A stretch of 64,000 nt of DNA from positions 806,001 through 870,000 of the forward strand of contig CATNEN010000031.1 of the NCBI GenBank assembly GCA_950097015.1, read 5' to 3'. The translations under genes and the position numbers were made by a program. Positions 22,654-35,200 of the stretch are shown piece by piece (positions within the stretch are counted from its first letter, which is position 1; each line of letters begins with the position of its first letter). This DNA comes from Macrostomum hystrix. Lineage: Eukaryota > Animalia > Platyhelminthes. The notes under the pieces are model-generated. The model did no database searches, had not been told where the DNA came from, and saw nothing but the letters and a program-made list of their open reading frames with translations.

Positions 22654-25600
22654 CTAGAAGCTCTCGAGTCTATTTAATGGAATATAAAACGCACGCAAAT
22701 GTGGGCTAACTAGCGCCAGCTCACCCAGGCTAGACCGAGGGCCTAACGGGTCCACTCCAGCAGCACCGCGCGGCGGTGTCAGCCCGGAGCTCGTAGCCGC
22801 TGCAGCAGCGGCGACAGCAGCTGCAGAGTCAGTTAGCAGCAGTCTGGTTGGCTGCTGTAGCCTGGCTGTGAAGACGATCACCAGCAGGGCAATCAGGGCG
22901 CCGAGGCCGATGTACAGAAAGCCCCTATTGCTGGCGTCGGTGACCAGGCCAGCAACCGAGTCAGCGTCGACGCCGCTGCTACTGCCGGCAGAACGTCGCA
23001 GCAGGCTAGGATGAGGCCGCACAGGCAGGTCCAGGTTCTGACGAGTTCTCTGGTGTCTGACAATCACTCGAATGTCGGCGCCAGCAGACGAAGTCGACGA
23101 TGACGAGTCCATCGACTTTGCCAGGCTGTCTAGAGCGGCTGAAGTCAGTCGCAGCGAAACCGTAAGACAGCCGGCTGAGGCTACGCCAGCGCTGTCAGCG
23201 GCATCCGGGACATCGGCGGCAGTGTCGGAGCAGACGCGCGGCTCAGATACTCGGAGCAGATCCGGCCGAGCGGCCTGTACAGACAGGCCCTGACGAGCAG
23301 CCGGGTGCACGAGCAGGCGCAGCTCCGCCAGCCCCGTCTCGTCTGTTGCTGGCGACGGCGAGGAGGCGAGGCGAACGGACGGCCAGAGAGGAATGGAGAC
23401 AGGCAGAGAGGCGGCGCCAGCTCTGGGCAGCTCGGCTGTGACAATGACGTGAGGCAGCTGCTGCCGGCGCTCATCGTCGTCGGCGTCCCACCAGGGCGAC
23501 GCGGCTGTGGAGGCCAAAGGCGGCTCAACGCGGACCAGGCAGGCGAGTCGGCCGCCGCTAACCAGAGTTGGCTCGGCACGTAGAATTGGCAGCGCGGGTG
23601 CAGCCCGATGACCGGTGACCTCCTCGCTGAAATGGGCCTGGCAGCGCAGCAGAGTAGTCAGGAGTTCGAGTCCGCTAGGCGATAATTTGGCAGAGCCGCC
23701 TCCGGTACAGTTGCCGGCAGCGAAAGCGGCTGCGGCGGCCAGGGAGGCGACAGGCGCGGTGGGGCCAACGGCAACAAGAACTGGCGGCGTGTGGCCGCTG
23801 TCGGACAGCAGGGAACCGGGCGGCGCGGTGGCAGAGAGCTCAGCCGGCTCGGACACAAGTACCTCGGCGGAAGCTGAGAATCGTCGGCCGGACAGCGAGA
23901 CGGCGGCCTTGCCCGGAGCCAGGGCGACGGCCAGGCCGATGTCTGACAGGACAGCCAGGGACTGCGGATTTGTGGAGGCCCAGCGGAGCTCCTCGCCGTG
24001 TAGGAATGGCGAGGAGAAGCAGAGAACAGTGCCGGCGGGTACCTAGATAGGCCGAAAAAACGGCAACGATGATAAATATAGAGACTGCTCACTGCAGAAC
24101 AGGCTGTGGGTTAGAGACTGCTCAAAGCAGAACAGGCTGTGGGTTAGAGACTGCTCACAGCAGAACAGGCTGTGGGCTAGAGACTGCTCACTGCAGAACA
24201 GGCTGTGGGTTAGAGACTGCTCACTGCAGAAAGTCACAGCAGGAAGAACAGGCTGTATGTCAACTATAATCATTTATCAGATTCCTACCTGGACATTATT
24301 CGGTTCGATAGCAGGCGCGGTGAACACCACGGCATAGTCTTCAAGGCCATTGTGGCCAACCTGAAAAGCGGTGCAGCCTTTGGCAATAGCGCGCAAGCTA
24401 AATGACTGATTGGCAAAGTCGGACAGTTGGACAAAGTCTAGCCGGGAAGCGTGGCCAGTGAGTGGCAGGCTAGCCGCATGGATTGGGTCACCCAGGGCGG
24501 TGTAGGCAGCGGCTCTCAGGCTGTAGAGACCGCCAGTTGGCAGGTGATGCAGATCAGCTCGCATGCTGGGCAGGGAGGGTCCATCATAGTGCAGCATCAG
24601 GTAGGCAATGGGGCAAATGTCCACACGCAGGGTGAGGGTCTGATTTGCCCAGCGACTCTCAGCTGAGACGGTGAGCAGGGAGCTGCCGTGACTGTGCAGG
24701 GCGGTCAGCCTGCCGCCTTGGCTCAGGGTGACCACCGCATGCTGATGGAGATGCGGCGGCAGCGGTTGTACAGCGTCCAATAGGCTGTAGCGCAGCTCGC
24801 CAGCTTCGTGATTGGCCGCCAAATCGTAGCTGCTGCCTGGCGCCATGCGGATTGGCTGGGAGCAGACTCCGGGCACCGACAGAGCCGCCACCACTCGGAT
24901 TGACAGCTCGGCCTGATGCTGCTGCTGCTCGCCCTGAAGGCGAAGGCGAACGACGGCCAGGCCGGGCGAGAGGCCGCACAGTCGGACACCGGCCGACATT
25001 CGCTTGGCACGCAACGGCTGGCCAAGTTCGCTTAGCAGGTGGCTGAGCCGGCCCACCTGAACATAGATTGATTGATAGGTTTGTTACATAATCTATTAGC
25101 AGTAGACCACGGGCTATTTCAAATACCAACAATTTTCTTTTTCTGTATCTCCCAAAATATTCAACCAATTTTATGTGCAAAATCCAGAACACTGGCGAAA
25201 AATTTTCGCTCTATCCGATGAGACAACTTCCAGAATCACAAAACATCGGCATCGTCGGGATATTCAACGATTCTCGTCGGGGTGTCTGGGTCTATGACAA
25301 GAATTGCTGAATATATCAACGATGCTGGCTCGTACGGCCTTGAAAGTTAGCTCATTGTAAAGGGTGGAAAATTTTGATCCAAACCGTGATCGGTCATTCG
25401 GTTTGGGAGCTATCGGTTGAAATCGGTAGGCAGCGGTTGAAATACCCCCCTGTGGTCTTTCTACTGTTAATAGTGCTGAGCATTTGAATTATTCACGCGT
25501 GAACTAACCTGTCCCTCAGCGTCCAGACTCCAGTGGAAGTGCATAGCCGGCGTTACGGTTGCCAAGGCGATGGGCCCGACGCCGCCCTGGGCCACGGCCC

Positions 25601-28600
25601 AGAGTGGCACGCAGTTGCCAACTTTGACAGCTGAGACAGGCGCGTGAACGCGCAGCTCGGCTAGGGGGACAACGGACACCCAACCGTGGGCGGTCGAGAA
25701 CACGCGGGGACTGCCGCTGGAGTCGAAGCCGACTGACTCTACGCGAACCTAGAGTGGCGCGGTGTTAGTAGGATGTGGCCTCAATAATCTTTGCCAAAGA
25801 CAGAAACTCCCCACGCATAGACACAACTAACGAAAGACTGAACATTCCTAAAATCTTTAGAGCTTTCTAAGAACTTAACAACTTAAAATCTGAAGCCTTG
25901 AGATAACACAAACAGACAAACTTTCTTGCAACCTAAAAGCTTACCATAAACTTAGAAACCTTATTTCAACCTGTAATAAACTTCCCAATTAGAAAGTAGG
26001 CTTTAGCCTAGCAACTCCCAAAACCTAGCAACGTCCCAAACCTAGCATAGCAACTTCCCAAACCTAGCATAGCAACTTCCCAAACCTAGCCTAGCAACTT
26101 CCCAAACCTAGCAACTTCCCAAACCTAGCCTAGCAACTTCCCAAACCTAGCAACTTCCCAAACCTAGCCTAGCAACTTCCCAAACCTAGCAACTTCCCAA
26201 ACCTAGCCTAGCAACTTCCCAAACCTAGCCTAGCAACTCCCAAAACCTAGCCTAGCAACTTCTCAAACCTAGAGCAAATAAAGAAACTTCCCATAAAAAA
26301 TCAAGCTTTCTAAACTTATCTAAACTTCCTATAATCTAGAAACTTCCCTGCAAAAAAATTCGGCTGCTTCTTCGGCGGTTTTTTGTGCAAAATAGGAGTG
26401 GAATCTACCAAAATCCCCCCTATCTCGCAAGAGTTAAAGAAACCACCCAGGAAGCAGCCGATGTAACCGTAAATTGTGCGGAAACCGCCGAAGAATCACC
26501 CGAACCAGTGGCCCATGGGACAACCAGAGAATTATTTACGGGCGATTCCTCGGCAGTTTCTGAGCATGGAATCTTCCGAACTGGAGGATTCTTTGGGTGA
26601 TTCCATTTCGCCACCAAAAAGCACCGAGAAAACGCCCAGTTGGGTAGTTTCTAAGCATGGAATCATCCGATTGGTATGTTTCCAGCGTTCGGCTGTTTAT
26701 TTTTCTGGAAACATCGCAGATTCCAACTGGAATCACCCAAAGAAACATCCCTATTTTTAGCGGGTTTCTAAGCCTAGAAATCTCCAATGTCATAAATTTT
26801 ACCTAGGGCTCAGAACAATAGCTGTTCGCAATTAAGCCTACCTGGACCCGCCCCTCGGCGGTTGCGTCCACCAACCCGGCCTGGGACACGGCGGCCACAG
26901 CCGCGCCGAAGCGTCGGCCAACGCCGCCCTCAGTCGTGGCCGGCAGTGCCGAGAAGCGAAGCGCAGCAGCCGGTGGGCCGCCGACAGCCTGGAGTTGAAT
27001 CTGGCTGCCAACCAGCAGGGTGACATTGGCTGGACGCAGCCGCAGAGGCGGATAGACGGTCACCTGTGCCCAGTTGCTGCGCACTCCCTGGCATTCGGCT
27101 TGCACACGGGCAACGCCGATTGACTCGCCGGTGGCGCTGACACTGCCGACGCCTTCATCGGCGGAGCCAACAGCGGCAGTAGCGGATTCGTTAAGAGCAA
27201 CGCTAACTAAACCGGGCGGCTCGGAGCGCAGTCCGAGTGGCAGGCCGGCTTCAACAATCAGGCGCAGCGGAATCGGCCGGTCGCCGCGGCCGAGGAGACG
27301 CAGAGAGCCGGTCTCGCGGCCGCCCAACGGCAGCCGGTCTTCCATGACGAGCCGCATTGATCTGAGAGCCACAACCAGCAGGGGCACCTCCAGCGGCCTG
27401 GGGCGGTCCATGCACAGATCGTAGACTGTCACAATTGACTCCGTCTCCCGATCGCTGCCGGCTGTGAGAAATCGGCCCTGAATAGTAGGACCGGATGAGC
27501 CGCCAATTCCGGTGCCAGTTTCGGCTGTAGCGTGAAAATGACCGCTACCGTCTGCCAGATAGGCGGCTGCCCGGCCACGCCCGTGGTAGCTGATTAGGCG
27601 GCCCGGATGAGCAGCCGCATCGCCGGCTGTGCGAAGCTGGGCGCTGGACGACACGGGCGGCTGCTGCACGGCGGAGGTCCACTTGCTATAGTCCGGTTTG
27701 TAGCCGGAGAGCGTCGCCGTGATCTGGCGGAGAGGCGGTCATCTCGCTTTTGCTAAATGCATCCGATTAATGGTGCGACTAAGGGGTCAATGACTCACAG
27801 TGTGTGAGCACGGGAGGTCAATGACTCGCCGAGTGTGTAAGCAGGGGGTCAATGACTGGCAGTGTGTGAGCAGGGGGTCAATGACTGACAGTGTGTGAGC
27901 AGGGGGTCAATGACTGGCAGTGTGTGAGCAGGGGGTCAATGACTGACAGTGTGTGAGCAGGGGGTCAATGACTGAAGGTGTGTGAGCAGGGGGTCAATGA
28001 CTGACAGTGTGTGTGCAGGGGGTCAATGACTGACAGTGTGTGTGCAGGGGGTCAATGACTGACAGTGTGTGTGCAGGGGGTCAATGACTGGCAGTGTGTG
28101 TGCAGGGGGTCAATGACTGACAGTGTGTGAGCAGGGGGTCAATGACTGAAGGTGTGTGAGCAGGGGGTCAATGACTGACAGTGTGTGTGCAGGGGGTCAA
28201 TGACTGACAGTGTGTGAGCAGGGGGTCAATGACGGACAGTGTGTGAGCATGGGTCAATGACTGACAGTGTGTGAGCAGGGGGTCAATGACGGACAGTGTG
28301 TGAGCAGGGGGTCAATGACTGACAGTGTGTGAGCAGGGGGTCAATGACTGGCAGTGTGTGTGCAGGGGGTCAATGACTGACAGTGTGTGAGCAGGGGGTC
28401 AATGACTGAAGGTGTGTGAGCAGGGGGTCAATGACTGACAGTGTGTGTGCAGGGGGTCAATGACTGACAGTGTGTGAGCAGGGGGTCAATGACGGACAGT
28501 GTGTGAGCATGGGTCAATGACTGACTGTGTGAGCAGGGGGTCAATGACGGACAGTGTGTGAGCAGGGGGTCAATGACTGACAGTGTGTGAGCAGGGGGTC

Positions 28601-29201
28601 AATGACTGACAGTGTGTGAGCAGGGAGGTCAATGACTTTGCGAGTGCCAGAACAGGGCTGATTAAGGACTGGCCGCATGCTTGAGCAGGGGGCCAAGGAC
28701 TGACCAAATGTTGGAGCAGGCGGGGTATAGGTCTGACTAAATGTTTGGAGACAGGACACGCCCCATCAAAAAGTGGTGGGATGACAGGAATGATGACTCA
28801 TTCGATAAAGAAAAGAAAACAAAAGAAGGTGCTCAACTTGTCACTCACCTGCACCGTGTCATTTCGATTATTGGGCTGCACTCGAATCAGCGGCACCGGC
28901 GCCGAGTCGTCCGCCACCGCAGGGGCAGCCACATCCGGGTCGCTGCTGGTCACTGACACAGCCAAGCTGGCCAGACTGGTAAACTGGCGACCTTCGGCGT
29001 CAAGGGCAACCAGGCGGAGAGACACTGGACGATAGTTGTGAACTGGCACAGGCAGAGACGGGTCCTCAAGCACAGCAGGACAGGGCGGCAGGCCGGGCCT
29101 AGTTGGCAGATTCAATAGCGGCTGCAGGCGCAGGCTAGTGGGCACGGCGCATACAAAGCTCACCTGAGGGATTGGAGAAGGCCGAATTTCTTATATCATA
29201 C

Positions 29202-29246
<45 letters not shown>

Positions 29247-32200
29247 TGCAGGAGGGCTGCGAGCAATGGCACATCACTTGGTGACACCATAGACCCGCAG
29301 CCAGCGAGGAGGCAATTCTGCCCATTTCGCTGACTCCTGAGCACACACGCACACAAGGGAGGGAGGGAGGTTGAGGGAGGTTAAAGTAACGGATTTTACC
29401 TGCACAGATCGTTTAGCCGGGTACTTATTCTTGGCGCTAGGCAGGTTAGCCACACTCAGAGCCAGCTGAAATTCGCCCAATCCGGTGCAGCGGACTAGGA
29501 AGGCCGACCGGCCAGTGTGCTGATCCTTGGCTCGCGACACTTCAACAGCCGCTGTTGGAGTCAGCTCGGCCCGATAAGTAGCCGGATCCAGCACCCATGG
29601 CTGCGGCCCGCCTCGGTATTCCACAGTCTCCGTGGCGCCAAGCGACACCACGAAGCTGCCAGCCTGCGGGCGCAGAGGCTTGAAAGCGCCAAGCATCACT
29701 TCCGCGGTGATGGACGCTGTCGGGCCGCCGACGCCCTTGTAGCGGGCCACCAGCCGGCTGAAGCCTTTGCGCAGGGCGCGGACAACAACAGCCGCGCAGC
29801 CGCGCTTACCGCAGTCCCGACAGCTGGCTGGCAGCTGCTGCTCCAGGCCGGCGACAATCTCGAACACGGCGGCGTCGTCCTCGAATGCCAGCTCGATCGG
29901 TGCATGCGAGCAGCTGCACATGGGGTCTCGGCCAGCCAGGAGCGCTATGGGCAGACGCAGGGTGGAGCCGATCTCAGCCTCCACTGTGGCCGGCAGGAAG
30001 GCCATGCCGGTCGGCTCGGCGACGATGACCTCGGATCTGTCAGCATTGTCGGCGTTGCGCACGTCGGCCGCCGTGATGGCTGCCCGGCCAACAGACATGG
30101 CGGTGACAATACCCCGGCTGCTGACTACAACGGAGGTGGCGTTGGAGCTCAGCCAGCTGTACTCGCCGCTGCCGCCAGTTGCCTCCAGACTGCAGGCCGA
30201 CGGTGGTAAAGCTTCGGATGACAATGACTCGGTGGCTGGCGACGATCCCGACGCCACCGCCGAGGCAGCATTAGAAGCTGACGACAGTGCCGAGGCTGGC
30301 AGGGAAGCAGCCGGAGATGATGAAGGTCCGGATGATGCGGCAGATGTTGGCGATGGAACCCATATCAAGACTACGCGATCGGGTAGCACGGACACCGGGT
30401 CGTAGATTTCCACCTTTTATTTATAAAAACGAGATTACATTTCCACATATTATGTCTTTTTTATAATACAGACAAAAAAGTTCCCACCTCCTGGCTGCCA
30501 GTAACAGGCGTTGCCAGCTCGTGCCTGACACCGTCCGGAGTCTGGATCGTGGCCAGCTTGGCGGTGATGACACAGGCGCCCGGACGCAGCGGTTGGACCC
30601 GATGCCAGGTGCCATTGCTACTGGACTCCAGTAGGCGCATGCGGTCCTCAGGAAACACCGCTTCTAGGCGCAGATCATCGGATGGCCAGATTCGATGACT
30701 GTTCCTATCGAATATGTCGATGATGACTGTGTAGGCCCGTGTGGTGTCCAGAACCCAGCGCCGGCCGGGCAGTGCGGTGAAGGTCAGGTAGCTGGGCTCC
30801 ACAATGCTCACAATGGATTTTGGACGCTTGAAAGTCTCAGTCTCTTCGATGTCTGAGAATGGGCAATTGGGAATCAGAACGATTTAGAGACAATGGGATG
30901 GCGGGGCGAGACCATCAATATGTAGATGATAGCGGCACTTACTGCGGTCGTACAGAGACACTTCAACTTCGCCCAACTGTTTGGCAGTCAGGCGCGACTT
31001 CTCCATGTCCAGGGTAGCCTTGTCCTTGTCATTCAGATTCAAATAGTACTGCGGCGACGGCATCGGAACCTCTGGGGATGTGAGGGTAGACGGAATTTGA
31101 GGACCTGGGAGAGTGACAGTTGATGAGGATCTGGGAGAGTGACGGTTGATGAGGATCTGGGAGAGTGACGGTTGATGAGGATCTGGGAGAGGGACGATTG
31201 ATGAGGATCTGGGAGAGTGACGGTTGATGAGGATCTGAGAGAGTGACGGTTGATCTGGGAGAGTGACGGTTGATGAGGATCTGTGAAAGTGACGGTTGAT
31301 GAGGATCTGTGAAAGTGACGGTTGATGAGGATCTGTGAAAGTGACGGTTGATGAGGATCTGTGAAAGTGACGGTTGATGAGGATCTGGGAAAGTGACGGT
31401 TGATGAGGATCTGTGAAAGTGACGGTTGATGAGGATCTGTGAAAGTGACGGTTGATGAGAATATGGGAGAGTGACGGCTGATGAGGATCTGGGAGAGGGA
31501 CGGTTGATGAGGATCTCGGAGAGTGACGGTTGATGAGGATCTGTGAAAGTGACGGTTGATGAGAATATGGGAGAGTGACGGCTGATGAGGATCTGGGAGA
31601 GTGACGGTTGATGAGGATCTCGGAGAGTGACGGTTGATGAGGATCTGTGAAAGTGACAGTTGATGAGAATATGGGAGAGTGACGGCTGATGAGAATATCG
31701 GAGAGTGACGGCTGATGAGGATCTGGGAGAGGGACGATTGATGAGGATCTGGGAGAGTGACGGTTGATGAGGATCTCGGAGAGTGACGGTTGATGAGGAT
31801 CTGTGAAAGTGACGGTTGATGAGAATATGGGAGAGTGACGGCTGATGAGGATCTGGGAGAGTGACGGTTGATGAGGATCTCGGAGAGTGACGGTTGATGA
31901 GGATCTGTGAAAGTGACGGTTGATGAGAATATGGGAGAGTGACGGCTGATGAGGATCTGGGAAAGTGACGGTTGATGAGAATATGGGAGAGTGACGGCTG
32001 ATGAGGATCTGGGAGAGTGACGGTTGATGAGGATCTCGGAGAGTGACGGTTGATGAGGATCTGTGAAAGTGACGGTTGATGAGAATATGGGAGAGTGACG
32101 GCTGATGAGGATCTGGGAAAGTGACGGTTGATGAGGTTCTAGGAAAGTGACGGTTGATGAGAATATGGGAGAGTGCCGGCTGATGAGGATCTGGGAAAGT

Positions 32201-35200
32201 GACGATTAATGAGGATCTGGGAGAGTGACGGTTGATGAGGATCTGGGAGAGTGACGGTTGATAATAAGAGGATATTAAGGATCTGGAAGTGCTATTGTGA
32301 TTTACTGTATTACCCAATCCTTACCGTTGAGGTTGCCTTGATGAAACACTAGGACCTGATAGTTGAGCGAAGCGCCAGGTATGAGATAGGCGAGGCTGGG
32401 CTTCAGCATAGCGTTGGCCATGACCAGGAGGCGCACCTTGCCAGCAGACACGCCGGCGTAGATGCTGTCCTTCACTGACACTCCAACGAAGGCGGAACCG
32501 GTTTTGATGCCGCCAACCAGCTGCTGGTCACCCTGCAAGCCCTGACTCTCCAGATTGCCAATTACTTTGGGTATCTCGTATTCTGACTCTGTCCAGCTGA
32601 TAAAGCGGAGAATGTTCAGGCCGTCAACGCCGTGGGCGGAGGTGATGGACCATTCGAATGGCAGGCCGGTTAGGCTGCTGAATATATTGCCTGGAATGAT
32701 GTTCAGAAGTCATTAGTCTCTAGTCTTTACAATTTTAATGCCACTTAAGAGTCGTACTCACCCAAGTCGTCATAGGCGCGAACAACCAGAGCCTCTGGAG
32801 CGTCGTGCAGATACAGCTCCTGAGTGGTGGTCTCAATCTCCAGCTTTGATGGCTTGTCAACGATGACGTCACACTTAACAGTGTGGCCAGTCACTGCACG
32901 GAAAAATAATGATAATAAATACAGATCTCTAATGACTTCAAGATCAGTGATTCGTTTAGATTTAAAGCATATGAAGTCTACATACTGATGTTTTCAACAA
33001 GAATAGCTGTGCTAGCCCTGTATGGATTCTTCCAGGTGGCAGTGATGATGGCTGACTGGCTGCAATCCTCATTTAGTGGCGTCACTGTGGCAACCTCTGG
33101 CGATGTTGATGTCCTAAAATTTAGCAGTCATTGCCTAGATTATTCACAATATAAAAGGTTTGCTTGCAATCGACTATTGCATTGAACTAAATATATAGTT
33201 TTGATGGATTTATAAACTTTAAGCCTCTAAAAACACTTTTTCTCAATAATGTAACCCAATGTAATGTTTCCAGATTGGAAAAATGTAACTAGTTATACAG
33301 CCTGCAGAAAGCACTGCTTGCTAGACTCTACACTATAAATTTAGTTAGATTAGTCAGTATAGTATATTTCCTAGTTTAGATTAGATCTTAATAGCCTTAT
33401 TCTGTTACAATTGCCATAACTAAAGCAAGACTTCTTTCAGGTTTCCTGCTGACTTTACCAAAGGCATTGCTTGTGCATTAATTTCCATGTTTTTAATATT
33501 CCGTGACTTCACTGTAATGTGTCATTTAATATAACAATTGTCTTAAATTGAGTGTGTGCAGACCACCTTAAAAATGTGTGATTCCACAAATTTATGTATG
33601 TGGGGGGTTCTAATACAACTAATAAGATTCTAAAGAACTGCAATCTAAGATTGTGCAACCTGAAGATTGTAAGAATTGTCTGTAGCCTAGGAGAATTGGA
33701 GAAAAACAATAGAACTGGAAGAACTGGAAGATTTTTTGTGAACAAGGAGACTAAAAAAGACTTTTCCTAGTTTAGGAAAGCACTTACTTACTTACTAATG
33801 CCTTATCTCTTTCATTGGACTGCATGGCTAAAGCATTTCTAATCTGGGAATTTTGTCTTCTCTATTCTCTGTTAAGACTAGTGTACACAGAAGATACTAT
33901 GCATTGAAACAAAAAATAGTGCATAGTACTGATGCACAAACATTAATTATAGCTAACTCAATCAGTATATATGCTAATACATACAATAGTAAACTAACTG
34001 GATCCTAGACACTTCGTCATCTTACAACTTTGTCATCTTACAACTTTGTAATCTTACAACATCATCATCCACTTGGAAGGTAGGACACTTCATCATCCAG
34101 CCAATTGGCATGCTTAAAGTTTGGTCAGTTCATTATCTACTAATAACAAGCAACCAAGTTTGTCATCAATAAAGTGAGTGTGGGGTGTAGGGATGCCAAC
34201 TCCGGTTAACCGGTTTGCCAAAAAACCGGTTTCGGGCCGAAAAACCGGTTTTGAAAAAACCGGTTTTTTGGTCCGGTTTTTCACGGTTTTTCACATGCTT
34301 ATTAAAATTCTAAAATGGAATACAATCTAGATATAAAGAGTCACAAGACTCACAACAACGTGACAAATGTCACAACCACAACAATACACATCACAATTCA
34401 TAATGTCGCAAACAATTCAACGTGAGTCGTGACTCTTGAAAATTAGAAATTTAAATTCAATAATTTCTTCGAAATCAAAAGTGAAAATATTATAACGTAA
34501 AATAGAATGGGATTTGTCTTGGGCAATTTGTGTTTCGTAACTTTCGTATCACCACCTACGGCTACTAGGATGGGTTTCAGACTTTCAGCTAGGCTTTCAG
34601 CATTCAGTGATTCAGATTCAGTCATTTTTCAGGGCTTCCAGATCCAGAAGTTTTAACTTTTAGCTTTCAGCTTTCTAGTTTCCCGTACAACGTACAAGTA
34701 CAACGTACAAGTACAAGTACAACAATCCGAGTCCCGACTCCCGACCCGATCCCGACGTCGACCGTCGGCCGACATCGCTGTAATGTAACATTACCACTTT
34801 TCCTATCTCCCGGTCCCGAGTCCCGAATCCGATCCCGACCCGACCCGACGTCTAGCAGACGTCTAAATCTAAATAAACGTCAAACGTCGGTTGGTTGGTG
34901 TTGGTGGTCAGGACTCAGGACAGGACTCAGGAGATGGTAAAAGCGGTAATGCTACAGCGACGTTGGCCAACGTCGAAAAAGTCGCCAACATTGGCTGATG
35001 TCGGATTGTTGTTTGTACGGGTTTCCATATCATATCACTGGCTGGCACTGGCAGGCAGCATTGCCATTGCCATTAGCTCAGCATTATCTTTACTCAGGAC
35101 AGGACAGGAGTCAGGAGTCAGGACTCAGGACTCAGGAGTCTAGGAGTTAGGTTAGGTATTTACTATTTAGTATTTACTATTGAGTATAGGCCCAAGTGTC

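Noticed and set aside
26010-26270. Telomere-like repeat (reverse strand GCTAGGTTTGGG)
   Set aside because: No TTAGGG tandem; the unit is 17/22 bp and intronic.
31105-32275. Hammerhead-like CTGATGAG...GAAA within the 26-bp repeat
   Set aside because: No stem II can form between CTGATGA and GAAA, and stems I/III are absent.
30884-32317. 477-aa ORF (PHQPSLSQILINRH repeats)
   Set aside because: It is the 26-bp array of nup210 intron 4; only 31071-30943 is a real exon.
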